DNA of 63,919 bases, counting the filler, from Thermoplasmatota archaeon (lineage in GTDB: Archaea > Thermoplasmatota > E2 > JACPAO01 > JAHFTW01): the NCBI GenBank assembly GCA_041623215.1. It is 3 parts of 3 records of this genome, joined end to end, with 100 filler letters (N's around TTAATTAATTAA, not from the genome) between each part and the next. Parts side by side here need not be neighbours in the genome. Positions count along the whole stretch, not along the records: positions 1 to 22,847 come from JBFJXH010000014.1; 2 more parts are not named here. The stretch is one strand, 5' to 3'. Below the pieces are notes generated by a model, which worked only from the letters and a program-made list of their open reading frames with translations, searched no databases and was not told the DNA's origin. The translations under genes were made by a program, and so were the position numbers. Shown here one piece after another: positions 9,288 through 19,036 of this stretch (position 1 is its first letter; each line of letters begins with the position of its first letter).

Positions 9288-11336
9288 ATGAACCGCCGAC
9301 GGATTGCCTTCCTCGTCGCTACCATCATGATTGTTGGCCCTGCCGTGGCCCAGAGCATGGATGGCCCTGGGGCCGACCATGAACAACGAAACGAATTCAC
9401 CGAGGGGACCGCGTCCGAACTCGAGGGCGCAACCCGCATTCTCCGCTTCGCGCAGGTGACCGATATGCAGCTCGTGGATGACGATGCTCCCTACCCCATG
9501 CGGCAGGGCGTGGCGGACGCATTCTACGGCGCCACGATTAGCGGTGGCGCGTATCGCCCGCACGAAGAGTATGGCGACGAAATCATGGCGGCCATGAGCA
9601 AGGTACTGGCCGCCCAGCATGACGAAGATGCTCTGGACTTCATTATCCACACCGGCGACAACATCGACAATGCGCTCGAGAACGAATTGATGCGCTACAT
9701 GGACCTCATTCGGGGCACGCACACCACAGTGGGTCCCTTCAGCGGCTACACATGCAAGCCGGATGGGCAGTCCATTAACAGCAACGACACCGTGGACATC
9801 AACAGTCCCTTCGGAGATACGCCTCATGAAAGCGATGTGCTGGACGCTTGCACGAGTCTCCCGGCCCACTTGGTGGGCAACTTCACCGACCTCGACCACA
9901 TTCCGTGGTATTCGCTTGTCGGCAATCACGACGTGCTCATCCAGGGCAATGTCCCCGTCCAACCTGGCTTCCAGCAATTGGCTGGCCAGTTTGGCCGACA
10001 TTTCCTCACCGAAGGCGAATACCTCGCAATGCATTTCGATGACCTTGTTCTGTGCGACGAGGGCGAGCCTGCCGGGAGCGCCGACGATGATTGGGGACAC
10101 GGCTATGGCTTGGCCGGGGAGCGCCTTTGCGACGACGACCCCGAAAATGATGGCTACTACGCGTACGACTTGCGCGGCGTTCGCTTCATTGTGTTGGACA
10201 CGGTCAATGATGAGGTGTACCAGACGCACCGCGACGCCGGCGGCACGGCCCCCAGCGAGGCAACGGGGCACGACCACGGCGCCGGTGCCTCCGAAGGCGC
10301 CCTCGATGCTACGCAATTCCTGTGGCTGCAAGACGAACTGGCCGTTGCCAATGAAAGCGGCCAACTAGCAGTCATTGTCGGCCACCACACGGTGAATGCA
10401 TTCTACGATGCGCAGTTCGATTCGGCTTGCGGGCCGCCCGGCTGCGCAACGGACGCCCTGCGAGAAGTAGGGTTCGTGGGCCGCGAAGACCTCATGGAAA
10501 TGCTGGCCGGTTTCCCCAATGCTGTGGCATTCATGGGCGGCCACACGCACCAGCACCGGGTACAAGCCAAGCTCTTTGACAACGCGACGAGCCCAGGTTT
10601 CTGGAACATCGAGACCTCCGGCCTGTTGGACCTCCCGCAGGAATCACGCATCGTCGAACTTTGGCTGACCAACGATGGCCGGGGAGCCTGGATTCTAACA
10701 CCCCTTGGCCACGCGTTCCAGCAAGCGATTTCGCTGGCAGAATCGGACCCCCAGCATGATGCCGAGGAGGCCGCAGGCACGGCGTTGGACCGTGACGTAG
10801 TATTGTGGTTCGACATTCCAAGCGGGGTGGGCCTATCAGCTGGCCCACAACCCGGTGGACCACCTGCCCCCGCGATTGGCCAAATGTCGGCGCAAGTCAT
10901 TGTGACGGCCGGCGATGGTCGAGAAGCGACAATTGCCTCCGGCCGCCACGTGGTGCCCGCCGGCGACATCAACATCACGGTAACGCTCCACGACGCAGCG
11001 AGCGAGGTGGCCTTGACGGGGATGACGGTCACAAGCGCAGAGACCTCCTTTGCCGGCGACGGCAACGGCTCGTACATCGCTTCGCTAACGGTGGAGCCAG
11101 GCGAAGTGGACCTCGCCCTCGTGGCAGCCGATCCATCGGGTGGCTACCACGACTTGGCAATCAGCATCAGCCTCAAGGTGGCCCACCCCGACGATGGTGT
11201 CTTTGGCAGCGGCGAAGGGCCCACGGGAGCGAACAGGCCGCCCGCCGACGACGATGAAGATACGCCTGGTGTGCCCCTAATGGCTCTCGCAACCGCTTTG
11301 GCAGCCGCCGCCGTGGTTATGCGCCGCCGCCTCTAG
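9288..11336 (+). CDS. Secreted calcineurin-like metallophosphoesterase with PGF-CTERM-like anchor
   Basis: Signal peptide. TDMQ, HTGDNIDN, VGNHD, VGHH and GGHTH metal motifs. C-terminal TPGV + TM + RRR. Confidence 0.85.
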   Translation: MNRRRIAFLVATIMIVGPAVAQSMDGPGADHEQRNEFTEGTASELEGATRILRFAQVTDMQLVDDDAPYPMRQGVADAFYGATISGGAYRPHEEYGDEIMAAMSKVLAAQHDEDALDFIIHTGDNIDNALENELMRYMDLIRGTHTTVGPFSGYTCKPDGQSINSNDTVDINSPFGDTPHESDVLDACTSLPAHLVGNFTDLDHIPWYSLVGNHDVLIQGNVPVQPGFQQLAGQFGRHFLTEGEYLAMHFDDLVLCDEGEPAGSADDDWGHGYGLAGERLCDDDPENDGYYAYDLRGVRFIVLDTVNDEVYQTHRDAGGTAPSEATGHDHGAGASEGALDATQFLWLQDELAVANESGQLAVIVGHHTVNAFYDAQFDSACGPPGCATDALREVGFVGREDLMEMLAGFPNAVAFMGGHTHQHRVQAKLFDNATSPGFWNIETSGLLDLPQESRIVELWLTNDGRGAWILTPLGHAFQQAISLAESDPQHDAEEAAGTALDRDVVLWFDIPSGVGLSAGPQPGGPPAPAIGQMSAQVIVTAGDGREATIASGRHVVPAGDINITVTLHDAASEVALTGMTVTSAETSFAGDGNGSYIASLTVEPGEVDLALVAADPSGGYHDLAISISLKVAHPDDGVFGSGEGPTGANRPPADDDEDTPGVPLMALATALAAAAVVMRRRL

Positions 11337-11382
11337 GACCGGCCCCAATAAATCTCAAGTACAGAAACGGGGCGTCCAGCGC

Positions 11383-12222
11383 ATGCACCGATTCTTCCTT
11401 TTCGGATTCCTGGCGATTGCCATGCTAAGCGGCTGCCTTTCTGACGACGCCCCCATCGATGACGCTGAAGGCGTCGCCACGGATTCTGAAGCCGAATCTT
11501 GGAACGACGCGCCAAGCCTGGTTCGCTACGAGAGTTGCCACGAATTGCTTGCCCTCGTGCCAGTGCCGATGGACGCCGTGGCCGGCTTCGCCCCCGAAGG
11601 ATTCACGGTCGTTCCGTTTGATCCCGCCGGCACCCACGCCACGGTGGCAGGCATCAGCCTCGACTGCGAGCAGAACGGCAGCGAAGTCAATGAGCTTCTG
11701 GGCCTCCTAGCCGTGGAGCCGCCGGCCGAGCTCGCCGCGGCCAATGCAACCATGCATGTCGTCATGATTGGGGGCTTCGGGGACAACGAGGAAGCGCACG
11801 CAGCCTACGTCGCCTGGGGCTTCGGCGACGTGTTTGCGATGACCACCGACATTCGCCAAGACACCGTTGTGTCGGCCGCCTTGGGCGGCGTTGGTGGCAC
11901 CAGTGGCGGGATGGCGACTGCGACGGACGGTGACTTTGGCGCAACCTTAGTGACTCGCGTTGCTGGCCCGCAAATGGCCCAGGATGCCGGCTCAGTGCGC
12001 GTTTTCCCGGCCAACGACGCAACGCACGCCATGGACGTGTCGTGGACTGGCAGTGCCGCCATGCAGGGTGGCGCTGAGATGCACTTGAGCATGGGTGGCG
12101 TTCCCATCAGTGCCAGTGGCGGCATCGGCGTCCACAACTGGGGCGACGATTACATCATTGAGTATCGGCAGGCAGACCTCAGCGTGGTGGCCACGAGCGA
12201 AGCAGACGAACCCGACGCCTAG
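11383..12222 (+). CDS. Uncharacterised lipoprotein (possible acetoacetate-decarboxylase-like fold)
   Basis: Lipobox LSGC. The segment VPMDAVAGFAPEGF resembles the ADC-like N-terminal pattern. Confidence 0.7.
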   Translation: MHRFFLFGFLAIAMLSGCLSDDAPIDDAEGVATDSEAESWNDAPSLVRYESCHELLALVPVPMDAVAGFAPEGFTVVPFDPAGTHATVAGISLDCEQNGSEVNELLGLLAVEPPAELAAANATMHVVMIGGFGDNEEAHAAYVAWGFGDVFAMTTDIRQDTVVSAALGGVGGTSGGMATATDGDFGATLVTRVAGPQMAQDAGSVRVFPANDATHAMDVSWTGSAAMQGGAEMHLSMGGVPISASGGIGVHNWGDDYIIEYRQADLSVVATSEADEPDA

Positions 12223-12800
12223 AATGGCGGCCCGGCGGCGGCCCGCTTGGCCGCTAACGCCTCGGCATACCAATCTAACTCATCTAGGAAACGCACCACG
12301 CGACGCTCGTAGTCCCCGTTAGGCGTCACGTCCTTCCCGTCGTCATCGAAGGCCTTGGCTACACCGCTAACGGTGAACAAGATGCTACAGGTCACCATCC
12401 CTAGCTCGCCCAGAATGACTCTGTAGTGGGGGCCTGCGCGGGCGCCGCCAAACGGACCAGCCGAATAGGTGACGATGCCCGCTGGCTTGCCATGATACTC
12501 GGCCTGGAAATGGTCAAGGAGGTTCTTCAGAGCCGGTGGCACGGAGTGGTTCCACTCGCCGCCAACCACGACGATGCCGTCGCAAGCGTCCAGGACCTCG
12601 TGCGCTCGCTGCATGCCGGCCGGTGCCTCCCCCGACTCGTATTCCTTGTGCATGAGGTCCAGAAATGGCAGGTCCAATTCTTGGACGTCCAGCAGGGTTG
12701 CTTCGTGGCCGCGGGCCATGAGGGTGTTCACCATGAAGCGGGCCGCTCGAATGCCCCGTCGCGCCCGGCGCGTGGACCCGTACAATACGGCGTAGTGCAT
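12219..12800 (-). CDS. NADPH-dependent FMN reductase
   Basis: GSTRR..RG, EWNHSVPPALKNLLD and SAGPFGGAR motifs. Confidence 0.92.
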   Translation of the reverse strand: MHYAVLYGSTRRARRGIRAARFMVNTLMARGHEATLLDVQELDLPFLDLMHKEYESGEAPAGMQRAHEVLDACDGIVVVGGEWNHSVPPALKNLLDHFQAEYHGKPAGIVTYSAGPFGGARAGPHYRVILGELGMVTCSILFTVSGVAKAFDDDGKDVTPNGDYERRVVRFLDELDWYAEALAAKRAAAGPPF

Positions 12801-12907
12801 GAGGTGGCAGGTGGGCATGGTCCTATGGCGTTTGGCATGTGGTACCCGCTGGCGGGAGGGGGGGGGACGGGCACAATCGTTGAAAGGCGGATGGCATCTG
12901 ACCTGCC

Positions 12908-14395
12908 ATGACGAGCAAACTGATGCCGGCCGTCGCGGTGGTGGCGGCCCTCCTCCTAACCGGAGTGGTCGTCAGCGGTCAACCTGCGCAACAACGGGAG
13001 GCACAGGCCCGGGACGAAATCTTGCGCCAGGAAGGTACGTACATCACCTTCTACGCGCATCCCTTCGACGTCGGTCGAGACGTCCCCATGCCGATGAATA
13101 CGCAATTTCCCGATGGGGAGGACGATTTGTCTCGTGGTTATGGGGGTGCGTGTGGGCCCGACCCCTCGGGCGAAGGTGTTTCCACCTGTGACGACTATGC
13201 CCTCAACGAGCACTACTTCTACACCACGGCGGGCTTTGTTCAAGTCAAGAACGCGGACGAGTTCTCCGCCGTCGGCTATGGCGCATTCCATAATGAACGG
13301 GGCCAAACCAAGGACATCTTTATCGACACGAGCAAGCCCATCGCGACCACCTATTACATGAGCGCCGATTGGCACGGCTGGCTTGTTCTCTTTGGTGAAG
13401 CTGGTATGGCGTGGAATTGGGATCCTGGCGTGTTCAAGGATTGGGTAGTGGAGTCTCGGGTGTGGCATGGCAGCTTGGGCGACCAGCACAGCGCAGCGTC
13501 CGAGGCCCCGGACATGACCGGCGTGGCCGCCCGCGACGCCGCCTTCACCTTGGTTGCCGAGGGCCGCGTCGGCCCCCAGGACATCATGAGTTTCGGACCC
13601 AATGTGCCGGCCGTTGGAGACCAAACGGTTTGGCCTTTTGATGCGGAATTGGCGTACAGTGACGAATTTCTGGCAAGCGGCGGAATCATTCCATCAACGG
13701 ACGACCTCATTTGGGAGGTTGAGTTCTTCCAGGAGACCGAAGGGGAGCGCTATATTGCTAGCGAAGGAACCGTCACTTGGAATGTCAACTCGGGTGAAGA
13801 TTACCCGCTGAATATGCAACTGCCTGTTCGCAATCCTATGGACGTCGAATTGGTGTACCCCAGATTCGTCCACAATCAATTGGTGGTTCTTGGCGTCATC
13901 AATACGCCCTGGGGTTCGTATGACATTGACCACCAAGCCACCCGCCTGGTCATTCGGGATGCCAAAGGCGCCGAGGTGCCATTCTTGGACGCGCATGTCG
14001 AGAGCGATTTGGATGTCTCGGTGGCGCACGCGGGCCATTATCAGCCCATCACGGCCACGTGGATTCTTGACTATCAGGCACAAGGGTTGGCGGCGGGCGA
14101 TTACACCGCGACGGTGGAGACGCAGAACTTTCAGGGCAGCTACAAGACCAGCACGACGGCCGCCTTCACGATTGAGGATGCGGGCGGCGGCCAGGGCCAA
14201 GCGGGCCGCAGTGGCCTCCGCTCCGGCGGCCCATCTGACGCCCAATTAGCGCCTTCAACGGCGCCGCCGGCTCAGCCCGCCACCGACGCCCAACCGATTG
14301 CTGAAGGCGAATCGTCGCCGGGATTCAGTATCGCTGGCGCCCTACTGGTGCTGGCAGTGAGCCTTTTGGCCTTCCTGCGGAGGCGCCACGCATGA
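12908..14395 (+). CDS. Secreted hypothetical protein with PGF-CTERM sorting signal
   Basis: Signal peptide, P/A-rich linker, then SPGF + TM helix + RRR at the C-terminus. Confidence 0.8.
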   Translation: MTSKLMPAVAVVAALLLTGVVVSGQPAQQREAQARDEILRQEGTYITFYAHPFDVGRDVPMPMNTQFPDGEDDLSRGYGGACGPDPSGEGVSTCDDYALNEHYFYTTAGFVQVKNADEFSAVGYGAFHNERGQTKDIFIDTSKPIATTYYMSADWHGWLVLFGEAGMAWNWDPGVFKDWVVESRVWHGSLGDQHSAASEAPDMTGVAARDAAFTLVAEGRVGPQDIMSFGPNVPAVGDQTVWPFDAELAYSDEFLASGGIIPSTDDLIWEVEFFQETEGERYIASEGTVTWNVNSGEDYPLNMQLPVRNPMDVELVYPRFVHNQLVVLGVINTPWGSYDIDHQATRLVIRDAKGAEVPFLDAHVESDLDVSVAHAGHYQPITATWILDYQAQGLAAGDYTATVETQNFQGSYKTSTTAAFTIEDAGGGQGQAGRSGLRSGGPSDAQLAPSTAPPAQPATDAQPIAEGESSPGFSIAGALLVLAVSLLAFLRRRHA

Positions 14396-15720
14396 TGCGC
14401 CAAGGTGCCTGGATGCCCGTCATGCTGCTGTTGGTCGTGGCGGTCGCAGGCTGCACATCGAAGGGCCCTGAGGCTGTGGTTGACGAGATTCCGGAGGAGG
14501 TTTCCCAACAGGAGATTGAACGGCTAGAACAAGCAGTTCTGGAGCAATACCCGCGAAGCTATTCGTTTGCCGGCCAGCAAGCGGCAGACCCTCTGCGCCT
14601 GGCATGGGAAGGCACATTGAAGCAGGGCGACGCCGTGACCTCTATCGAGTACCCGCACGACCACGGCATTGTGGATCGGGGCGGCACCGTCATCCTCTAC
14701 CCTCTCGATGCCGTCCCCGCAGACCAGGCCGTCGAACTTCGCATCAAGCTGAAGTGGCAAGGCGATGTTGGGTCATCGGCGGATTTGGACATCTACGTCG
14801 ATGTCCCAGGAACCCGCGATGCCTTCCAGGCCAACAGGTACGACGAGTCGATGAATTGGAATCGCATCACCAAGACACGCATTGTGAATGCCGTTAAGGT
14901 GGCTGGCGAACCGTTTGATATCGGCATCCAAGTGAGCAATGGCAAGGTCATCTCTGGCGAAGTTCCGTACACGTTGAGCGTCGAGGTCCATCAAGCCAAG
15001 GATGTGCTGGCACCCGGGGTGCCGTATGCTCTCATGGTCCCGCAGAACGCCAGCGGCTTCCTGGTGGAAAGTGAGCCAGTTGTTGGCGACGAACACGTAA
15101 CGAGCGAATTCGTGGTCATCGGGCCCGACGACCAGCTGGTGCGCTACGTCCAGCACAACGACATTGGTACCAGCGACCTCTTCGTGCCCGTCAGCAAGGC
15201 CGGCGAATACGTGGTGTACGCTCACCGCATGCATGGTGGTTTCCTGCGGTTGGCCAGCGACATCCCCAATCCCGAGTCTCTTGCGCGAACGCTAGCCAAG
15301 ACCACGGCCGAAGTGGTTCTGCACGCCGGCCAGCCCGCGCCCGGCACCTACCGCGAGCAATGTGTCCCCAGTGTAAGCTGGGACCAGAACCTCGAGGCGT
15401 GCGCCACGGGGACCACGAATCAATGGGGCGCCGAGGGCAGCTTCGAAGTTTCCGGGCAGTTTCCCCTGGACCTAGCGGCGTTTGTTCGCACGGAAGGCGG
15501 CGGTACCGCGAATGCCGCGCTCAACATCACCGGCCCCAATGGCTGGGTAAGCACCAGCCACAAGGTGCTCAACCGGGAAGAGGGCGACGACCGCTACGGG
15601 TTTAGCGGGGCCACGTGGGGCGACCGCAGCGCCTTGGCACTTGGACCCTATACGTTTGGTGTCGTCGATAATGGCGGGCAGGCGGAACTAGGCTACACCA
15701 TCGTGGGGTACACGCGATGA
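14392..15720 (+). CDS. Uncharacterised lipoprotein
   Basis: Lipobox VAGC. ATGA overlaps at both ends. PPC-like segment LKW..ADLDIYV. Confidence 0.8.
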   Translation: MMRQGAWMPVMLLLVVAVAGCTSKGPEAVVDEIPEEVSQQEIERLEQAVLEQYPRSYSFAGQQAADPLRLAWEGTLKQGDAVTSIEYPHDHGIVDRGGTVILYPLDAVPADQAVELRIKLKWQGDVGSSADLDIYVDVPGTRDAFQANRYDESMNWNRITKTRIVNAVKVAGEPFDIGIQVSNGKVISGEVPYTLSVEVHQAKDVLAPGVPYALMVPQNASGFLVESEPVVGDEHVTSEFVVIGPDDQLVRYVQHNDIGTSDLFVPVSKAGEYVVYAHRMHGGFLRLASDIPNPESLARTLAKTTAEVVLHAGQPAPGTYREQCVPSVSWDQNLEACATGTTNQWGAEGSFEVSGQFPLDLAAFVRTEGGGTANAALNITGPNGWVSTSHKVLNREEGDDRYGFSGATWGDRSALALGPYTFGVVDNGGQAELGYTIVGYTR

Positions 15721-17051
15721 AACTGCACAGCCACGGCGCCCACCGAGCGGCACGAACAGCGCTAGCGGCGTTGCTACTGGCGGGGGTCAGCCTCGCCGGC
15801 TGCACCAGTGCCGACGAGGACGGAGGTTCTGGCACTGTTTCGCTGACGTTTGTTGATGACGCCCCGTCCGACATTTCGTTGCTCATTGCTGGTGCCTGGC
15901 TTCAGGCTGAGGCTGGAGCTTGGCACCGCTTTGTCCCCGCCGGCACCCTAGTCGCACTTAGCGGAGGCGGCCAAGATACGGGCGTCAGCGGGAGCCTGGA
16001 ACCGGGCCACTATTCCGGCCTTCGAGTCGTTTTCTCGGCGGCCTCGGTCGATGGGGTTCCGGCTAGTCTTGCAACCACCGGCCTGGAAGTGGAAATCCAG
16101 GTTGACATCGACAATGGCGACGAGTTGGCTCTTACCTTGACCTTCGATTGGGACGCCTCCCTCTTTGATGCAGCCAACGGCACCATGGCCATCGAGCCGA
16201 CTATCGCCACCTTAGCCATCGTACGAAATGGCGAACCGCTTCGCACCCTGGAAGGCACAACCACGGCGGCAGCGACCTTGCCTCCCGTAGCCCGTGTCAC
16301 CCTCATTGGCGCGGATGACGCGCCGCTGTTCGCGGCCGATTTCGAAGCCGCTGACACGACCGCCGAGGCCCCCATCATTGCGCCTTCGGGTCGCCTGAAG
16401 TTGCTAGCCAGCGCATCGGAAGCCCTTGAGCCGACGGCAGAGATTGCCGCCTACCGCTGGGTGGTCGATGGCGTCGAGGCTGGGAGCAACGGCAGCTTAG
16501 ACGTGACCTTCCCCTTGGTGGGCGGGCGTTCTACAATCCGCCTCACCGTCACCGATTCGCTGGGCGTGTCGGATTCGCAAACGCTGCACCTGGTGCTGCA
16601 ACCGGGCAAGGCGGTGGCGGTGCGAGCCTTCAACGGCACGGTTACCGACCTCCGGCTCGCCGATGGAACCTATGTCAATGGTGGACCGCTTCTGCATACC
16701 GTTGCGGTCAACGAATCCTTGCCGGATGGAACGCCAGTACGCGTGTCTCGAATCGAGGCGTCGCTCGGCCTTACCGGTGGTGGCGCTCCGGTTGGCAACA
16801 ACATTGACCTACTGCTGCGGGACCCCAACGGGGAGGAGGCGGCGAATGCCACGTCCGACGGCTCGGACGAGCATCTAAGTGCCGTGTTTGACCCAGGCGC
16901 AACGGTCGGGACCTGGACGCTCGAAGTGCACGGGGTGCGGTCCTATGAGTCTCAGTACGCTGCCACGGTGACGCTGCACATGGTGGCGGTGAACCCCGAG
17001 ATTGAGCAGTTCTTGGCGTCCTACAGCGACGGCCACGACCACCAACATTGA
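15717..17051 (+). CDS. Multidomain lipoprotein (DUF4382-like, PKD-like, PPC-like) with His-rich tail
   Basis: LAGC; GTVSLTFVDDAP; AYRW..IRLTVTDSLG; IDLLLRDPNG..GTWTLEV; ends in HDHQH. Confidence 0.75.
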   Translation: MKLHSHGAHRAARTALAALLLAGVSLAGCTSADEDGGSGTVSLTFVDDAPSDISLLIAGAWLQAEAGAWHRFVPAGTLVALSGGGQDTGVSGSLEPGHYSGLRVVFSAASVDGVPASLATTGLEVEIQVDIDNGDELALTLTFDWDASLFDAANGTMAIEPTIATLAIVRNGEPLRTLEGTTTAAATLPPVARVTLIGADDAPLFAADFEAADTTAEAPIIAPSGRLKLLASASEALEPTAEIAAYRWVVDGVEAGSNGSLDVTFPLVGGRSTIRLTVTDSLGVSDSQTLHLVLQPGKAVAVRAFNGTVTDLRLADGTYVNGGPLLHTVAVNESLPDGTPVRVSRIEASLGLTGGGAPVGNNIDLLLRDPNGEEAANATSDGSDEHLSAVFDPGATVGTWTLEVHGVRSYESQYAATVTLHMVAVNPEIEQFLASYSDGHDHQH

Positions 17052-17076
17052 CGCGTGCCGGGTCGGCCGCACGAGG

Positions 17077-18054
17077 CTAGGCGTCCAAGACGACGCGATA
17101 ACGGGCCTTGCCGGCGCGGACACGCTCGATGCCCGCCTGAGCCTCCGCCATCGGCATGCGCTCGATGGTCGCACCAATGTCGTGCAAGGCGGCAAAATCC
17201 AGCATATCCATCAGGTCGCTACGCCCCCCAATGGCGCTGCCCGTAATGCGGCGCTGGCCAGACAAAAGTTCGCCGGCGGACAAGGTCAGGGGGGCCGGTG
17301 GCACGCCGACAAAACACAGGGTCCCGTCGGGTCGCAGCGAACGTACCGCCGCATTCCAATCAGCGTCATACGGCACAGTATTGAGAATGAAGTCATAGCG
17401 CCCGTTTAGGTCGGTCGTGACTTCGTGTGCGCCCATGGCACGTGCTTCCTGTTCCTTGTCCATGGTGGTCGTCCACGCGGTAACATGCGCGCCCATGGCG
17501 GACGCAAATTGAACGGCCATGTGGCCTAAGCCACCGATGCCTCGCACGAGGATGCGGTCACCCGGTTGGGTCCACCGACGAAGCGGCGAAAACACGGTGA
17601 CGCCACCGCATAGAAGCGGCGCAGTTGCCGCTGCGTCAAGGGAGTCGGGAATCGGGACGGCGAGGCGCCCCTGGACGTCCAAGCTACCAGCAAAGCCACC
17701 GTGGTGGCCGATGGCGGTCGCAGCATTGGCCCGGCACAGATTCTCGGCGCCGCGACTACAGTGATTGCACGTTCCACAGGAACCGCATTGCCATCCGATG
17801 CCCACGCGGTCGCCGACCTCATGGCCCGCCGCATGGCCCGCCTCCTCCACCACGCCAACCACCTCGTGGCCTGGCACGAGTGGATACTGGCTCATGCCCC
17901 AGTCGTTGTCAATGAGGTGGACATCACTGTGGCAAATGCCACAACAGGTAACCCGCACGCGCACCGCGTCTGGGGCCAACGCGGATGCTTCGTAGGAAAA
18001 TGGCTCAAGCGCCGCCCCGGCGGTCGCGGCAGCAAAGGCTTCGATGGTGGCCAT
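17077..18054 (-). CDS. Zn-dependent NAD(P) alcohol dehydrogenase (cinnamyl-ADH-like)
   Basis: CGICHSD, PGHEVVG, structural Zn site CGTCNHC..C, APLLCGG and GIGGLG. Confidence 0.95.
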   Translation of the reverse strand: MATIEAFAAATAGAALEPFSYEASALAPDAVRVRVTCCGICHSDVHLIDNDWGMSQYPLVPGHEVVGVVEEAGHAAGHEVGDRVGIGWQCGSCGTCNHCSRGAENLCRANAATAIGHHGGFAGSLDVQGRLAVPIPDSLDAAATAPLLCGGVTVFSPLRRWTQPGDRILVRGIGGLGHMAVQFASAMGAHVTAWTTTMDKEQEARAMGAHEVTTDLNGRYDFILNTVPYDADWNAAVRSLRPDGTLCFVGVPPAPLTLSAGELLSGQRRITGSAIGGRSDLMDMLDFAALHDIGATIERMPMAEAQAGIERVRAGKARYRVVLDA

Positions 18055-18080
18055 GCGGTGTCCGACGGCTGTCGTGGTCC

Positions 18081-19016
18081 TTAGGCCTGTGCCTGGTCTT
18101 GGTGGTCGGACAGGGAGTCGGAGCGGCCTCGACCCCGGCGGCGCCTCGCCGTGAAGGTGGCTGCCAGGCCAGCCAAGAGGACCACCAAGGTTAGGCTGTT
18201 GAGACTCTGGTCGTACGCCTCGATGGAGTCATGCGGTTCCACAAACAGGAATCGCATGCCATGGTAGAAGCTGGCGGCCGCAACGAGCGCCGCTGCAGCA
18301 GCCAAGCCGGCCATGGTGGGCGGCAGGCGAGCCCACCACGGCCCCGGTGGCGCCAACGAATGGCCCCACACACCCTCCATGTGCGGGCGCAAGCGCGTCC
18401 GTTGATTGCCGGTTGCCAACAGCGCGCCCAGGGTCGCGCCAAGGAGATTGAAATTCAGGTCGGTCATGGTGTTTGCATAGCCGCCTTGGTCGATGGTCTG
18501 GAACATGGTTTTGCCCAGGTATTCATAGAGCTCGACGAGCACTCCGGTGGCCAGACCGCACACAAGCGCCATGGCAGCCAATTGCGGCGCCGTCCACCCA
18601 AGGCGCCGCCGCCCCTGGTACACATCCAGCAAATACGCATAACCCATGGTGGTTGCGCCGATGCCTAAGCCATGCGTCAAGTGGTCCCACCAGCCAAACA
18701 CGTGGTACGCGCCATTGATGCCATGCAGCCCAAACCAGCCGGGCGTACCATGCGGGCCGGGGCTGCCGGCGCTGCCGCCCACGAAGTGGGCCGCCGTGGC
18801 GGCAATGACCGCCGCTTGCGTTGGATACGGCACCCGTACGCGCGCTAGGTGCAGGCCGGCAAAGATAGGCATCGACATGACGACCGCTGCGATGCAGTAG
18901 TTGCGCCACAGCGTGAAGTCTCGAACGTGATTAATCACCCCGAGAATCGCAAAGGCGGTAACACCTGCCAGCAGGACGCCGTTGTCTTGCAGGAAGCGGC
19001 GCCAATCCCAGGCCAT
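18081..19016 (-). CDS. Polytopic membrane protein (DUF2238-like)
   Basis: About 8 hydrophobic segments. WDHLTH, ELYEY and TMTDL motifs. Confidence 0.65.
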   Translation of the reverse strand: MAWDWRRFLQDNGVLLAGVTAFAILGVINHVRDFTLWRNYCIAAVVMSMPIFAGLHLARVRVPYPTQAAVIAATAAHFVGGSAGSPGPHGTPGWFGLHGINGAYHVFGWWDHLTHGLGIGATTMGYAYLLDVYQGRRRLGWTAPQLAAMALVCGLATGVLVELYEYLGKTMFQTIDQGGYANTMTDLNFNLLGATLGALLATGNQRTRLRPHMEGVWGHSLAPPGPWWARLPPTMAGLAAAAALVAAASFYHGMRFLFVEPHDSIEAYDQSLNSLTLVVLLAGLAATFTARRRRGRGRSDSLSDHQDQAQA

Positions 19017-19036
19017 GGCGCCGATGCTGCTAGGGG

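Noticed and set aside
8619..10364. Long antisense ORFs (also 31408-32598, 51752-53041, 47711-48604, 60802-61632)
   Set aside because: These are shadow frames opposite well-supported genes, expected with high GC and codon bias, and carry no motifs.
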